64,000 bases of DNA from positions 1 to 64,000 of the forward strand of contig CBDCOH010000002.1 of assembly GCA_965219685.1 (NCBI GenBank). The letters are read 5' to 3'. Positions 1 through 10,751 of this stretch are shown piece after piece. Each line of letters begins with the position of its first letter. Position 1 is the first letter of the stretch. Origin of the DNA: Candidatus Spongiisociaceae bacterium (GTDB lineage Bacteria; Actinomycetota; Acidimicrobiia; Spongiisociales; Spongiisociaceae). The translations under genes and the position numbers were made by a program. The notes beneath the pieces are model-generated. The model searched no databases. It was not told the DNA's origin and saw nothing but the letters and a program-made list of their open reading frames with translations.

Positions 1-2
1 CG

Positions 3-236
3 GAAGGCAACGGTAAGTTGAGCCCGCTGCAGGAAGCCTTCCGGGACAACCACGGTCTCCAGTGTGGCTTTTGCACATCCGGAATTCTGATCACGACGAC
101 GGAATTCCTCAAAGAGAACCCGGACCCCTCGGAAGCGGAGGTCCGAGAGCGATTGTCCGGCAATCTCTGCAGGTGTACGGGCTATCAGTTCATCGTCGAT
201 TCGGTGCTTGACGCCGCCGGACGGCTGGCGGGCTGA
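3..236 (+). CDS. (2Fe-2S)-binding small subunit of a Mo-hydroxylase (CoxS/CutS family), 5'-truncated by the window edge
   Basis: QCGFCTSG and GNLCRCTGY motifs; frame is open back to position 3. Confidence 0.9.
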   Translation, partial: EGNGKLSPLQEAFRDNHGLQCGFCTSGILITTTEFLKENPDPSEAEVRERLSGNLCRCTGYQFIVDSVLDAAGRLAG

Positions 237-396
237 AGACGCGCTTGGTGTGGTTGACAGGCACCACCGCCGATTTCCGTATCCGATGATGCAGGGCCCT
301 CCAATTATCCTTCCCGCTGGAAGGGGATCTCGTAGGGAAGGCGAAGCGAGCGGTTTTGATAGGTAGTTGGAGCCAAACGGCCAGAATGAGGACAAT

Positions 397-1398
397 GTGA
401 CCACACACGCGAGCGAACGTGTCGGCACAATCATCCCGACATCGATAGAAGGTCCTGAGAAGATCGTGTCGGCGGCTCGATTCATCGAGGATGCCGGTTT
501 TGGCGAGGTCTGGGTTGCCGAGGACTACTTCTTCTACGGCGGGATGACGGCGGCCGCCATGGTTCTCGAAGCTACGGACTCGATTCCGGTCGGGCTGGGC
601 ATAGTGGCCAGCGTTGCCCGTCATCCGGCTGTCACGGCAATGGAATTCGCCACTCTCGGGCGAGCCTACCCCGGGCGGTTTCTGCCTGGCATCGGTCATG
701 GTGTACCGGCTTGGACTCGTCAGATGGGTCTATACCCCAAGAGCCCTCTCAGCGTGTTCCGAGAGGTCGTGACCAGTGTCCGTAGGCTGGTAGAAGGCGA
801 GACGCTGAACGAGTCCGGAGGACAGTATTTCTTCGACGCGGTCACACTCACCCACCCGTCGCCCGGACTGCCGCTCCTCGGTGGTGTTGTAGGTCCGAAG
901 TCGTTGCAACTGTCCGGCGAGTTGACGGACGGCACAGTGTTGTCGGTACTAGCAGGGCCGAAGTATGTCGAATATGCCATCAAGCACACGTCCATCGGGA
1001 TGGCTGCGGCCGGGAAGAGCGATCCCCATGCGCTTCCAACCTTCGCGCTGTTCGCAACGGATGCGGATGGCGACGCAGCGAGAGCCTCAGCAAGGGGAGT
1101 GGTTGCCTTCTACCTCGCGGCTGTCGGTCCGACTCCCCTCAGCGGCGTATATGATGCCAATCAGGCCTTGGTTGACATGCTCGAACGAGGTGGTCCGGAC
1201 ACGGTCGCCAATGAGATGCCAGACGAGTGGCTCGATCAGTTCGCGGTGGTCGGGACACCGGCCGAGTGTGCGGGCAGGATTGAGAACCTTCTGGATGCCG
1301 GTGCCACGTCCGTAGTGTTGTTCCCAACGTCGCCCGACCAGAGTCGTCCCCTCCTTGAGTTGGCAGCCCGGGAAGTTCTCCCCAAGGTGGGGGCATAA
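397..1398 (+). CDS. LLM-class flavin/F420-dependent oxidoreductase (Mer-like)
   Basis: AGFGEVWVAED, RHPAVTAME..TL, PGRFLPGIGHG, GTPAECA motifs; GTG at 397 after GAGGAC (ORF track starts at 367). Confidence 0.85.
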   Translation: MTTHASERVGTIIPTSIEGPEKIVSAARFIEDAGFGEVWVAEDYFFYGGMTAAAMVLEATDSIPVGLGIVASVARHPAVTAMEFATLGRAYPGRFLPGIGHGVPAWTRQMGLYPKSPLSVFREVVTSVRRLVEGETLNESGGQYFFDAVTLTHPSPGLPLLGGVVGPKSLQLSGELTDGTVLSVLAGPKYVEYAIKHTSIGMAAAGKSDPHALPTFALFATDADGDAARASARGVVAFYLAAVGPTPLSGVYDANQALVDMLERGGPDTVANEMPDEWLDQFAVVGTPAECAGRIENLLDAGATSVVLFPTSPDQSRPLLELAAREVLPKVGA

Positions 1399-1495
1399 CC
1401 ATGTCCTCACGGCACGAGAGCCCTTGGCATCCGCTTCGCCCCACCAATAGCTGTCTGTTGGCAATGAACAGGCCTTACTTTGCAGGAGCCGTTCA

Positions 1496-2374
1496 ATGAG
1501 AGTCAAACGCGTCGAGACTACCGAGGAGGCCCTGAATACTCTGGCTGAGTTCGGCGACGCCGCGCAGCCCGTCGCCGGCGGCACGGATGTGATGATTCAA
1601 CTCTTTCGGAACGAGATCTCACCGGATCTCCTAGTGCCGATCCACGATATAGGAGAGTTGTCCACGATCGAGACCAACGGCGGGCCGAGTATCGGCTCGA
1701 TCGTCACCCACGAAACGCTTGCGAACGGAGTGCTGGGCTCGTCGTACCGGAGTGTCGCCGAGGCAGCCGTGACGGTCGGGGGCTGGCAGACGCAAACCGT
1801 CGGCACGTTGGGCGGTAACATCTGCAACGCCTCCCCGGCTGCCGACACCCTGCCCGCGCTACTTGTCCACGACGCCGACGTTCAACTGGCATCCAACACC
1901 GGGCACCGGTCTCTCTCGCTATCCGACTTCTTCCTCGGTCGGAGAGAGACGGTACGGCAACCCGATGAACTCCTGATATCAGTCTCGCTTGCTCCCGCCG
2001 CCGATCGAGCAGGAGACGTGTATCTGAAAGTGGGGCGCAGGGGAGCTATGGAGGTTGCAATAGTCGGCTATGCCATGCGGCTGGCTTTCGAAGAGGACGG
2101 CACGGTCTCACAAGCGCGTATTGCTCTGGCATCAGTCGCCCCGGTTCCGGTTCGAGCCCGAGCAGCCGAGTCGGTGCTCGAAGGCCGGCAACTTGATGGA
2201 GCCACGCTCACCGGTGTGTCCGATGCGGTGCTGGAAGCGATCGATCCGATAGACGATCTTCGGGCCTCGGCTAGGTATCGGAAGCTCTTGATACCCGGAC
2301 TCACCCATCGAGCCGCAGCCATCTGTGCACGGCGGGCCGGAGTGTCTACAGGACTGAGGGGAGGCGCGGCATGA
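1496..2374 (+). CDS. FAD-binding subunit, xanthine dehydrogenase/CoxM family
   Basis: AGGTD, TLGGNICNASPAAD, DDLRASARYR motifs. Confidence 0.9.
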   Translation: MRVKRVETTEEALNTLAEFGDAAQPVAGGTDVMIQLFRNEISPDLLVPIHDIGELSTIETNGGPSIGSIVTHETLANGVLGSSYRSVAEAAVTVGGWQTQTVGTLGGNICNASPAADTLPALLVHDADVQLASNTGHRSLSLSDFFLGRRETVRQPDELLISVSLAPAADRAGDVYLKVGRRGAMEVAIVGYAMRLAFEEDGTVSQARIALASVAPVPVRARAAESVLEGRQLDGATLTGVSDAVLEAIDPIDDLRASARYRKLLIPGLTHRAAAICARRAGVSTGLRGGAA

Positions 2375-2838
2375 CTTACGAGGTTTCGTTCACTGTTAAC
2401 AGCCGCCCGGTTAACAGCCTGGTGGACGGTGCTGCCACGCTACTCGAAGTGGTTCGCGACCATCTCGATCTCATCGGAACCAAGGAGGGCTGCAACGAGG
2501 GCGAGTGTGGAGCGTGCACGGTGCTCATAGACGGCAAGCCGGTTGACTCGTGCATTTATCCGGCCGTTCTTGTCGATGGCCACTCGGTGGTTACCGTCGA
2601 AGGGATCTCGTCTACCGACATAGGCCAAGCGGTCCAGGAAGCCTTCTTGGACGCCGGAGGCATCCAATGTGGATTCTGCACGCCGGGGTTCATCGTCACG
2701 ATCACGGCTCTCCTGGAACACGATCCAGCCCCCAGTCAGGACGATGCCCGTTTGGCCCTTGCAGGAAACATCTGCCGGTGTACCGGATACAGCCAGATCC
2801 TCGACGCTGTCGCTGGGGCCGTCAGCGGAAAGGAGTGA
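2371..2838 (+). CDS. (2Fe-2S) subunit, xanthine dehydrogenase/CoxS family
   Basis: GCNEGECGAC, QCGFC, CRCTGY; ATGA overlap with the upstream gene. Confidence 0.92.
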   Translation: MTYEVSFTVNSRPVNSLVDGAATLLEVVRDHLDLIGTKEGCNEGECGACTVLIDGKPVDSCIYPAVLVDGHSVVTVEGISSTDIGQAVQEAFLDAGGIQCGFCTPGFIVTITALLEHDPAPSQDDARLALAGNICRCTGYSQILDAVAGAVSGKE

Positions 2839-5138
2839 GCGTGTCAGTTATAGGTGAGCGCATCCGTCGAACCGATGGCGACGCGAAGGCACGCGGCGAG
2901 GCCATCTACGGTGTCGACTTCTTGCCACGCGGCACCATCCACGGCGTGCTCCTCCGATCACCGGTTCCGTCCGGTCGAATCGTCGAGATGGACGTCTCGG
3001 CGGCAAGGCGGATGCCCGGAGTCCGCGCGGTGGTGACTTCCGCCGACGTTCCGGACACCCGGGCTGGCTGGGTGCTCCGCGAGCAGCCACTGTTCGCCAA
3101 GGACGTGGTGAGGTACGAGGGCGAGCCGGTGGCTGCGGTTGCGGCGGATACGCCGGAGCATGCGCGACGCGCTCGGGACGCGATCGTTCTCAAGATCGAG
3201 GAAACCAAAGCCGTCGTCGACCTCGACTTCGCCATGACCGACGACGCGCCGGTTATACATCCTGACTGGGAGACCTTCCAACCTACCCTCGGGGAGTATC
3301 CGCGCAGGGGAAACATCGCTGCCGAGTGCATCTCGGCCCCGGACGGGGTTGACGAGGCGTTCGCCGTGGCTGATCAGATCATTGAGGACGAATACCGGGC
3401 GCAGAGGCAGTATCAGGCGTACATAGAGCCGAAGGGGGCAGTCGCCATTTACCAAGGCGGTCGATATGAGGTCCACACAGCCCACCAGTTTCCGTTTAAC
3501 GTCCGGGACCGCATCGCCCAGTTTCTGGACATCCGTCCCTCACAGATCCGGGTGATAGGGCACACAATCGGTGGAGGTTTCGGGGCAAAACTAGACGCCA
3601 GCATCGAACCGCACGCCTGCGTCCTATCTAAGGCAGCCGGTGGTCTACCGGTCAAGATCGTAAACACACGAGCCGAGGATATGCTCACGTGTCCGTCACG
3701 GGAGGATGCGGTCACCCGCGTGCGGACCGCTCTCGATGTGCATGGCAACATGACCGCCCGCGAATTGGAGGTCATTGCCGGCAACGGAGCCTATAGCGGG
3801 GAGATGCCCTGGTTAGCCTCAATCGCGCTTCACTGTGCAAGGGGGGTCTACAGGGTCGGTCCGACACGTGTGAAATCTCGGCTGGTCTACACCAATACAG
3901 CACCAACGGGCGCTTTTAGAGGTGTAAACGGGGCCTACCTCTATCACGCCATCGAGCGGCACATGGACCATATCGCGGCCGAGTTGGGACGTGACCGTCT
4001 CGAATACCGCCTTGAGCATCTGTTCAAAGAGGGTGAGAAACTGCTAAACGATCAAGTTCTCGACGATGCGGGGATCCTCAAGAAGGGATTCGACTTAGTT
4101 GAGGAAGCTGCTCCCTGGGATGACCTCAACGCCCAATCGGGGCCGATGCACGGAATCGGCATTGGGGCTGCTTGGTGGGTGACAAACCCGATGCCAGGAA
4201 CCGCCACCATCAAACTTAATGAGGATGGCACGATCGGCGTGATTACCGCCGCCAACGATAACGGATCAGGTGCGGTAAGTCTCGGTGTCACGCAAATCGT
4301 GGCCGAGAAGCTCGGCGTACAGCCGAAGGACGTGTACGTAACCATGCCGGACACCGACGCGGCGGGTTTCGACGCCGGTTCCCAGGGAAGCAGGACGACT
4401 CGAATCGTCGGTAAGGCGGCCGCTATCGCCGCCGACGAGGTTATCGGCAAGATCAAGGAGACCGCCTCGGATCTCCTAGAGGCAGCTCCCGGCGACATCG
4501 TGGTGGCCGACGGCACTGTTTTTGTGGCTGGTTCGCCCGATACGAGTCTCGCTCTCGGAGATGTCGCGGCCGCAGCCACATGGACGGTCGGCCCGATCCA
4601 GGGTACCGGCTCGTTTCTCACACCCTTCCCCGAATTCAATCCCGGATGCGCCACCGGCCTCATGTTCCCGTCGTTCCCTACCCCCACCTATCACGTTCAT
4701 CTCGCCGAGGTCGAGGTCGACCCGGTTACAGGAAACGTCCAAGTAACGAGGTATGTGGTCGCGCAGGAGGTGGGGAAAGTCATCAGTCCATCGGGTGCCT
4801 ACGGCCAAGTGGCCGGGGGCGTCACACAGGGTATCGGGTACGCATTGTATGAGAGTCTGCAGATTGACGGGGATGGGCGCTACCGGGAACGTAACCTCGA
4901 GAACTACCGGCTCCCTTTGTCAGTGGATATTCCTCGGGTCGAATTCTACCCACTCGAGCATCCCGATCCGGACGGCCCGTTCGGTGCCAAGGGAGTTGGC
5001 GAGAGTTCTGTACTCCTGCCCGCTGCCGTGATTGCCAATGCGGTCTCCGACGCCGTCGGTGCGCCGTTCGACAGTCTTCCCATAACTCCCGAGACGGTCC
5101 TGAAGGCGATAGTAAAGAGGCAGGCCACCAGAGCATAA
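2835..5138 (+). CDS. Molybdopterin-binding large subunit, xanthine dehydrogenase family (substrate unknown)
   Basis: GTG start overlapping the upstream stop (GTGA) after AAGGA; GGGFGAK, AFRGVNG, GSQGSR, GAKGVGE motifs. Confidence 0.9.
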   Translation: MSVSVIGERIRRTDGDAKARGEAIYGVDFLPRGTIHGVLLRSPVPSGRIVEMDVSAARRMPGVRAVVTSADVPDTRAGWVLREQPLFAKDVVRYEGEPVAAVAADTPEHARRARDAIVLKIEETKAVVDLDFAMTDDAPVIHPDWETFQPTLGEYPRRGNIAAECISAPDGVDEAFAVADQIIEDEYRAQRQYQAYIEPKGAVAIYQGGRYEVHTAHQFPFNVRDRIAQFLDIRPSQIRVIGHTIGGGFGAKLDASIEPHACVLSKAAGGLPVKIVNTRAEDMLTCPSREDAVTRVRTALDVHGNMTARELEVIAGNGAYSGEMPWLASIALHCARGVYRVGPTRVKSRLVYTNTAPTGAFRGVNGAYLYHAIERHMDHIAAELGRDRLEYRLEHLFKEGEKLLNDQVLDDAGILKKGFDLVEEAAPWDDLNAQSGPMHGIGIGAAWWVTNPMPGTATIKLNEDGTIGVITAANDNGSGAVSLGVTQIVAEKLGVQPKDVYVTMPDTDAAGFDAGSQGSRTTRIVGKAAAIAADEVIGKIKETASDLLEAAPGDIVVADGTVFVAGSPDTSLALGDVAAAATWTVGPIQGTGSFLTPFPEFNPGCATGLMFPSFPTPTYHVHLAEVEVDPVTGNVQVTRYVVAQEVGKVISPSGAYGQVAGGVTQGIGYALYESLQIDGDGRYRERNLENYRLPLSVDIPRVEFYPLEHPDPDGPFGAKGVGESSVLLPAAVIANAVSDAVGAPFDSLPITPETVLKAIVKRQATRA

Positions 5139-5687
5139 TCTCAAGTTCCCTTGCGCTTGCCTGTAAATGTTTCTTGGGCATCTGTCTGCGGGAAACCATC
5201 TCCCTTCGTCGGCAGGCCTGCAAATCTGATGAGGCCGCCCCACGTGCCGCATCCCCATGAGGGTTGGTGTTGGCCGAGAGTCTGAGCGCAAAGGGAAGGT
5301 TGCGAGGCTGTCTCCGGTTCCGTCCTTGGGCTGGCTGGGCCGACGACTGCTTTGCAGCTCGGGAGTAAGGCCGTGCCTGGGAGCCGGGGCAAGAGCCCAT
5401 TCGGCGAACTCGTCATCGCCATGGCCTCCCGCCCCCTTGAGAGGCATCCGTTGACTCCCTCAGCCTTGATGTGGACTCTATAGGCGCGTGACTCGCCGAA
5501 CGACTTGACTGCCCGGGGTCAGCTTGCAGGAGAGGAGCACCTCCGGAGGCGGAATGTAAACGGCTTACGCCGCCCGCCATTCCGTCGGGGGGAGCGAGAT
5601 ACTTGAACATCATGCGCGCGACGATTCCCGACGTAGACGCGATGTTGGTGCTAGAAAAGGGGCCAGCGACTGTAGGAGGTCAGGCAG

Positions 5688-6563
5688 GTGTATCCATCCG
5701 CATTCGACTACTCGGCTCCCGGGACGCTCGACGAGGCGCTGGCCGGCCTTGCCGAGCTCGGAGACGAGGGTCGGGTCCTCGCCGGAGGTCAGAGCCTCAT
5801 CCCCATGATGAAGCTCAGACTGGCGGTGCCTGGCCACCTCGTCGACATCAACGGGGTATCCGAGTTGTCATACATCCGTGAATCCAACGGCCATCTGGCG
5901 GTCGGCGCCCTGGCGCGCCATGCCGATGTCGCCGCCTCCGACCTGGTCAGCAGCACCAACGGCACGATGGCGTCGGCTGCACCCTGGATCTCCGACCCGC
6001 TGGTGCGCAACCGCGGCACCCTGTGCGGCTCGGTGGCCCACTGCGACCCCGAAGGCGATTGGAACTCCGTCATGCTGGCGGTGGGCGCCTCGGTGGTGGC
6101 CCGCTCGGCCTCGGGGGAGCGGGTCATCCCGATCACCGACTTCGTGGTGGACTTCTACACCAACTCCTTGGAGGAGGGCGAGATGGTCACCGAGGTCAGG
6201 ATCCCCAAGTACTCGGGCCCGGCCGGAGGGGCCTACCTGAAGCTTGAGCGCAAGATCGGTGACTACGCCACGGTGGGGGTGGCGACCCACCTGGCCCTGG
6301 ACGCCGCCGGGAACGTGGCGGAGGCCGGCTTGGCTCTGACCTCGGTCCATCCTCACAACCTCAAGGTGACCGAGGCGGAGTCCATGATGGTGGGCGAGAC
6401 GCCAGGAGCGGATCTCTTCGCCGAGGCGGGGGCGATCGCAGCGCGCAGCTGCGATCCCGACGACAACGTGCGCGGCCCGGCCGAGTACAAGCGGGCGGTG
6501 GTCGCCGAATACACGCGGCGCGGCTTCGCACAGGCACTGGCACAGGCGCGAGGGGAGGGCTGA
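5688..6563 (+). CDS. coxM: Aerobic CO dehydrogenase medium (FAD) subunit
   Basis: [25 protein letters not shown]; AGGAGG RBS; first gene of an M-S-L cluster. Confidence 0.88.
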   Translation: MYPSAFDYSAPGTLDEALAGLAELGDEGRVLAGGQSLIPMMKLRLAVPGHLVDINGVSELSYIRESNGHLAVGALARHADVAASDLVSSTNGTMASAAPWISDPLVRNRGTLCGSVAHCDPEGDWNSVMLAVGASVVARSASGERVIPITDFVVDFYTNSLEEGEMVTEVRIPKYSGPAGGAYLKLERKIGDYATVGVATHLALDAAGNVAEAGLALTSVHPHNLKVTEAESMMVGETPGADLFAEAGAIAARSCDPDDNVRGPAEYKRAVVAEYTRRGFAQALAQARGEG

Positions 6564-7024
6564 TGCAGATCACCACCACCGTAAACGGGACCAGCGAGAG
6601 CAGGGATGTCGAGCCCCGCCGCCTGCTGGTCGACTTCGTACGTAGCGACCTCGGCCTGACCGGCACCCACATCGGCTGCGACACGACCTCGTGCGGGGCA
6701 TGCACGGTGCTGCTCGACGGCATGCCCGTCAAGTCCTGCACCATGTTCGCGGTGCAGGCCGACGGCAAGGAGGTCACCACCGTGGAGGGACTCGGGCAGA
6801 ACGGGGGCCTTCACCCGGTGCAGGAGGCGTTCAAGCAGCACCACGGCCTGCAGTGCGGTTTCTGCACTCCGGGGATGATGCTGGTGGGCGCTGCCCTCCT
6901 GGAGAGCAACCCCGCCCCGACCGACGACGAGGTCCGCTGGGCGATCTCCGGCAACCTCTGCCGCTGCACGGGATACATGAACATCGTGACTGCCATCCAG
7001 GCAGCCGGCGGAGAGGGGAGTTGA
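6563..7024 (+). CDS. coxS: Aerobic CO dehydrogenase small (2Fe-2S) subunit
   Basis: [30 protein letters not shown]. Confidence 0.9.
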   Translation: MQITTTVNGTSESRDVEPRRLLVDFVRSDLGLTGTHIGCDTTSCGACTVLLDGMPVKSCTMFAVQADGKEVTTVEGLGQNGGLHPVQEAFKQHHGLQCGFCTPGMMLVGAALLESNPAPTDDEVRWAISGNLCRCTGYMNIVTAIQAAGGEGS

Positions 7025-7025
7025 C

Positions 7026-9398
7026 ATGACCACTGTTCACGAGCCGCGTACCAGTGCCGAAGTCGGCGGGGTCGGCCACTCCGTCCTTCGCAAGGAGGAT
7101 GACCGGTTTATCCGGGGAGCGGGCAACTACCTGGACGATCTGACCCTTCCCGGCATGCTCCACATGGCGATCCTGCGGTCCCCGGTCGCCCACGCGAAGA
7201 TCAACTCGATCGACTCGTCCGAGGCGATGGCCCTCGACGGTGTGCTGGCGGTGGTCACCGGGGAGCTCATGGCCCAGCACGGGCTGGCCTGGATGCCGAC
7301 CCTCTCGGGTGACACCCAGGCCGTCCTGGCGACCGACAAGGTGCGGTTCCAGGGCCAGGAGGTGGCGGCGGTCATAGCCACCGACCCCTACGTCGCCCGC
7401 GACGCCCTGCCGCTGATCGATGTCGACTATGAGGAGTTGGAGGCGATCACCACGCCCCAGCAATCCCTCGCCACCGACACCCTGATCCGCGACGACAAGG
7501 AGGACCAGGCCGACAACGTGGCCTACACCTGGGCGGCGGGTGACCAGGACTCCACCGACGCAGCATTCGCAGCGGCTGCGAGGGTGGTCAGCCTCGACAC
7601 CCACTACCCGCGCTCCCATCCGGCCCCGCTGGAGACCTGCGGGGTGGTGGCGGACGTCAACTCGATCACCGGGCAGTGCACCATCTACATGACCAGCCAG
7701 GCGCCGCACGCCATCCGGACGGTCTTCGCCCTCGTGGCCGGGCTTCCGGAGGAGAAGATACGGATCGTCACCTGCGACATCGGAGGCGGTTTCGGCAACA
7801 AGGTGCCGGTGTACCCGGGCTACGTGGTGGCCACGGCTGCCTCGCTGCTGATCGGCAAGCCCGTCAAGTGGATCGAGAGCCGCACGGAGAACCTGATCTC
7901 GACCGGGTTCGCCCGCGACTTCCACATGCACGCCGAGTTGGCCCTGGACGGCGACAACCGGATCACGGCCATGCGGGCCGACATCCTGTCGGACCAGGGT
8001 GCGTTCTTCTCGGATGCCCAGCCCACCAAGTTCCGGGCCGGCCTGTTCCACATCTGCACGGGCAGCTACGACTTCCCGTCCGCCCATGTGACGGCCAAGG
8101 GGGCCTACACCAACAAGGCGCCCGGCGGGGTGGCGTACCGCTGCTCGTTCCGGGTGACCGAGGCCTCCTACCTGATCGAGCGGTTGGTGGACAACGCCGC
8201 CCACGAGGTGGGGATGGACCCGGCCGAGTTCCGGGCACTCAACTTCATCAAGGCCGACCAGTTCCCCTACCTGTCGCCCACCGGGTTCGTCTACGACTCG
8301 GGCGACTACCACGGGGCGATGGACGTGGCGAAGGAGATCATCGACTACGACGGCTGGCGGGCCCGCCAGGCCGAGCAGAACGCCGATCCCGATGCCACCA
8401 AGCTGATCGGTATCGGGGTGGCCTCCTTCACCGAGGTGGTGGGCGCCGGCAACTCGCGGGAGTACGACATCCTGGGCCTCAAGATGTTCGACTCGGCCGA
8501 GTTGCGGGTGCATCCGACCGGCAAGGCCATCCTCAAGCTGGGCGTGCAGACCCAGGGCCAGGGGCACGAGACCACTTTCGCCCAGATCGTGGCGGAGGAG
8601 CTCGGCATCCCGTATTCGGACATCAAGGTCCAGTACGGCGACACCGACAACACGCCCTACGGTCTCGGCACCTACGCCTCCCGGTCCACCCCGGTGGGCG
8701 GGGCGGCTACGGCCATGGTCTCTCGCAAGCTGAGGGCCAAGGGCCAGAAGTTGGCCGCCCACCTGCTCGAGGCCGCCGAGGAGGACCTCGAGTGGGAGCC
8801 CGGCAAGTTCACCGTGCGGGGCACCGACCAGAGCGTCACCATCCAGGACGTGGCCTTCGCCGCCTACACCAACCATCCCGAGGGGATGGAGGCCGGCCTC
8901 GAGGGCGTCACCTACTACGACCCGCCCAACATGACGTATCCCTTCGGGACCTACATCGTGGTGGTGGAGGTCGACACCGGGGACGGTACGTGGAAGGTGC
9001 TCGACATGGCGGCGGTGGACGACTGCGGCGTCCGGATCAACCCGATGATCGTGGACGGCCAGATCACCGGTGGCCTCACCGAGGGATTCGCCAAGGCCAA
9101 TATGCAGTGGATCACCTTCGACGAGGACGGCAACTGCATCGGGTCCAACTTCATGGACTACCTGGTGCCGACGGCCTGGGAGACCCCCCGCTACAAGCTG
9201 GGGGAGACCGTCACCCCGTCGCCCCATCACCCGATCGGGGCCAAGGGGGTCGGTGAGTCGGCCACGGTTGGTTCGCCGGCCGCCTTCACCAACGCGGTGA
9301 TCGACGCTCTCTGGTCGAGAGGGGTGTCCAACATCGACATGCCGGTGCTCCCGCACCGGGTGTGGGGCGCCCTCAACGGAGTGGAGGTGAATCCCTGA
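7026..9398 (+). CDS. coxL: Aerobic CO dehydrogenase large subunit, form I (Mo-Cu)
   Basis: [14 protein letters not shown] active-site loop diagnostic of form I; [14 protein letters not shown]; GAKGVGES. Confidence 0.95.
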   Translation: MTTVHEPRTSAEVGGVGHSVLRKEDDRFIRGAGNYLDDLTLPGMLHMAILRSPVAHAKINSIDSSEAMALDGVLAVVTGELMAQHGLAWMPTLSGDTQAVLATDKVRFQGQEVAAVIATDPYVARDALPLIDVDYEELEAITTPQQSLATDTLIRDDKEDQADNVAYTWAAGDQDSTDAAFAAAARVVSLDTHYPRSHPAPLETCGVVADVNSITGQCTIYMTSQAPHAIRTVFALVAGLPEEKIRIVTCDIGGGFGNKVPVYPGYVVATAASLLIGKPVKWIESRTENLISTGFARDFHMHAELALDGDNRITAMRADILSDQGAFFSDAQPTKFRAGLFHICTGSYDFPSAHVTAKGAYTNKAPGGVAYRCSFRVTEASYLIERLVDNAAHEVGMDPAEFRALNFIKADQFPYLSPTGFVYDSGDYHGAMDVAKEIIDYDGWRARQAEQNADPDATKLIGIGVASFTEVVGAGNSREYDILGLKMFDSAELRVHPTGKAILKLGVQTQGQGHETTFAQIVAEELGIPYSDIKVQYGDTDNTPYGLGTYASRSTPVGGAATAMVSRKLRAKGQKLAAHLLEAAEEDLEWEPGKFTVRGTDQSVTIQDVAFAAYTNHPEGMEAGLEGVTYYDPPNMTYPFGTYIVVVEVDTGDGTWKVLDMAAVDDCGVRINPMIVDGQITGGLTEGFAKANMQWITFDEDGNCIGSNFMDYLVPTAWETPRYKLGETVTPSPHHPIGAKGVGESATVGSPAAFTNAVIDALWSRGVSNIDMPVLPHRVWGALNGVEVNP

Positions 9399-9408
9399 AC
9401 GCAGCCAC

Positions 9409-10326
9409 GTGGTCCCTCAAAGCAAGGATGCGATGAGCATTCTCCGGCAGGCGGCCCGGCTCCAGGGAGAGGGGCGGGCGTTTGCGCTGGCCACCGTCAC
9501 CTGGTCGCGCGGGCCGTCGTCCGGCAAGGGCGGGTCGAAGGCGATCATCCATCCGGACGGCCGGGTGGATGGTTGGCTGGGCGGCGCCTGCGCAGCCCCG
9601 ACCGTGGTCCGTCTCGCCTTGGAGGCTCTGGGGGACGGCGAGGCGAGGCTGTTGATGCTTGGGGAGGGGGACCGGCGGTCCGGCGTGACGGATGTGGCGA
9701 TGGCCTGTGACAGCGAAGGCGCGATGGAGGTGTTCGTGGAGCCTGTTCTCCCGTCACCGCACGTGATCGTGGTGGGGAACTCCCCGATGACTGAGACCTT
9801 GCGGCGGTTGGCCGAGGTGGTCGGGTGGCAGCCAGAGGTTGTCTCCGAGATCGGCGACATCGGCAGGGCCGCCGATCGCTCCTACATCGTGATCGCCACC
9901 CAGGGCCATTTCGATGAGCCGGCCCTGGAAGCTGCACTCGCCACGCCCGCGGCTTATGTAGGCCTGGTGGCTTCGCAGAAGCGGGCCTCGTCGGTGATGG
10001 CCTGGTTGCGGGGCCAAGGGGTATGCGAGCGTGCTCTGACCAGGGTGCATGCCCCGGCAGGAGTTGACCTGGGGTCTACGACCCATGAGGAGATCGCCGT
10101 GTCGGTCATGGCCGAGTTGGTGGCCTTCAGGGCGGCTGGAGCGGGCGCCCAGGTGGTGCAGGTGGAGATACCGCCCCAGGCGGTCGACCCGGTGTGCGGC
10201 ATGTCGGTGGACCCCTCGGCGGGCCGCTTCGTCAGCGACCACGCCGGGGGCAGGGTCTACTTCTGCGCGGCCGGATGCCAGCGAGCCTTCGAGTCGGATC
10301 CGTCCGCGTTTCCGGCGGCCCCGTGA
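9409..10326 (+). CDS. XdhC/CoxF family Mo-cofactor insertion chaperone with C-terminal YHS domain
   Basis: GWLGGAC, YVGLVAS, HAPAGVDLG..T.EEIAVS; C-terminal DPVCGM...YFCAAGC. Confidence 0.85.
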   Translation: MVPQSKDAMSILRQAARLQGEGRAFALATVTWSRGPSSGKGGSKAIIHPDGRVDGWLGGACAAPTVVRLALEALGDGEARLLMLGEGDRRSGVTDVAMACDSEGAMEVFVEPVLPSPHVIVVGNSPMTETLRRLAEVVGWQPEVVSEIGDIGRAADRSYIVIATQGHFDEPALEAALATPAAYVGLVASQKRASSVMAWLRGQGVCERALTRVHAPAGVDLGSTTHEEIAVSVMAELVAFRAAGAGAQVVQVEIPPQAVDPVCGMSVDPSAGRFVSDHAGGRVYFCAAGCQRAFESDPSAFPAAP

Positions 10327-10394
10327 GGGAGGCCTAGGTACGTCGGGTCGAGACTGCGGTTGTGGTCGACCGTTGACCTTGCCATGACATGCGG

Positions 10395-10751
10395 TTACAG
10401 CCACCAGATCCAGGACTCGCCGGTGATCGGCGGATCGTTGAGGAACGTCTCCAGTGCCGTGATCAGGGTTCCGGGATAGGCGAGTGATGCCCTGTGGAAC
10501 CGCCTCGGATGGGTGAAGACAATCCCGGCATGGGGGATACCGGTGGCACTCCACCGCATGACCAGAAGTGAGTAGTCGCCCACGTTCTCGGTAACGACGG
10601 CACGTCCCGCGCCAGCGCCGTACTCCAGTAGAGCGGAGTCGGAAAGCCCCCTTGGCGATCCGGTGTCGGCTACCGCGATGGCATCGAAACCCCTCTCGGT
10701 GAGGGCATTGGCAATGGCCGGAGTATGCATCTCGTCGAGCAGGAGCTTCAC
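10395..10751 (-). CDS. PIN-like toxin (DUF5615/VapC45-like)
   Basis: MKLLLDE N-terminus, SD..LL, VVTENVGDY, HAGIV; GTGA overlap with the upstream gene. Confidence 0.8.
   Translation of the reverse strand: MKLLLDEMHTPAIANALTERGFDAIAVADTGSPRGLSDSALLEYGAGAGRAVVTENVGDYSLLVMRWSATGIPHAGIVFTHPRRFHRASLAYPGTLITALETFLNDPPITGESWIWWL

Noticed and set aside
2550-2834. Long N-terminal extensions in the ORF track (also starts at 27352, 35350, 37877, 39689, 51058, 53949, 57048)
   Set aside because: They overlap neighbouring genes or lack family similarity; internal starts with an RBS or stop/start overlap fit the family lengths
2835-5138. Second CO dehydrogenase
   Set aside because: Lacks both AYxCSFR (form I) and AYRGAGR (form II); called only as an XDH-family protein
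5186-5240. Hammerhead-like words GAAAC...GTC...CTGATGAG in the intergenic region
   Set aside because: Stems I, II and III do not pair next to the core (no G10.1-C11.1 pair; stem III has only 2 bp), so this is probably coincidence
6831-9356. Long antisense or alternate-frame ORFs (841 aa here; also 22083-23888, 27706-29496, 29557-31782)
   Set aside because: Shadow ORFs of well-supported genes in high-GC DNA with no recognisable motifs
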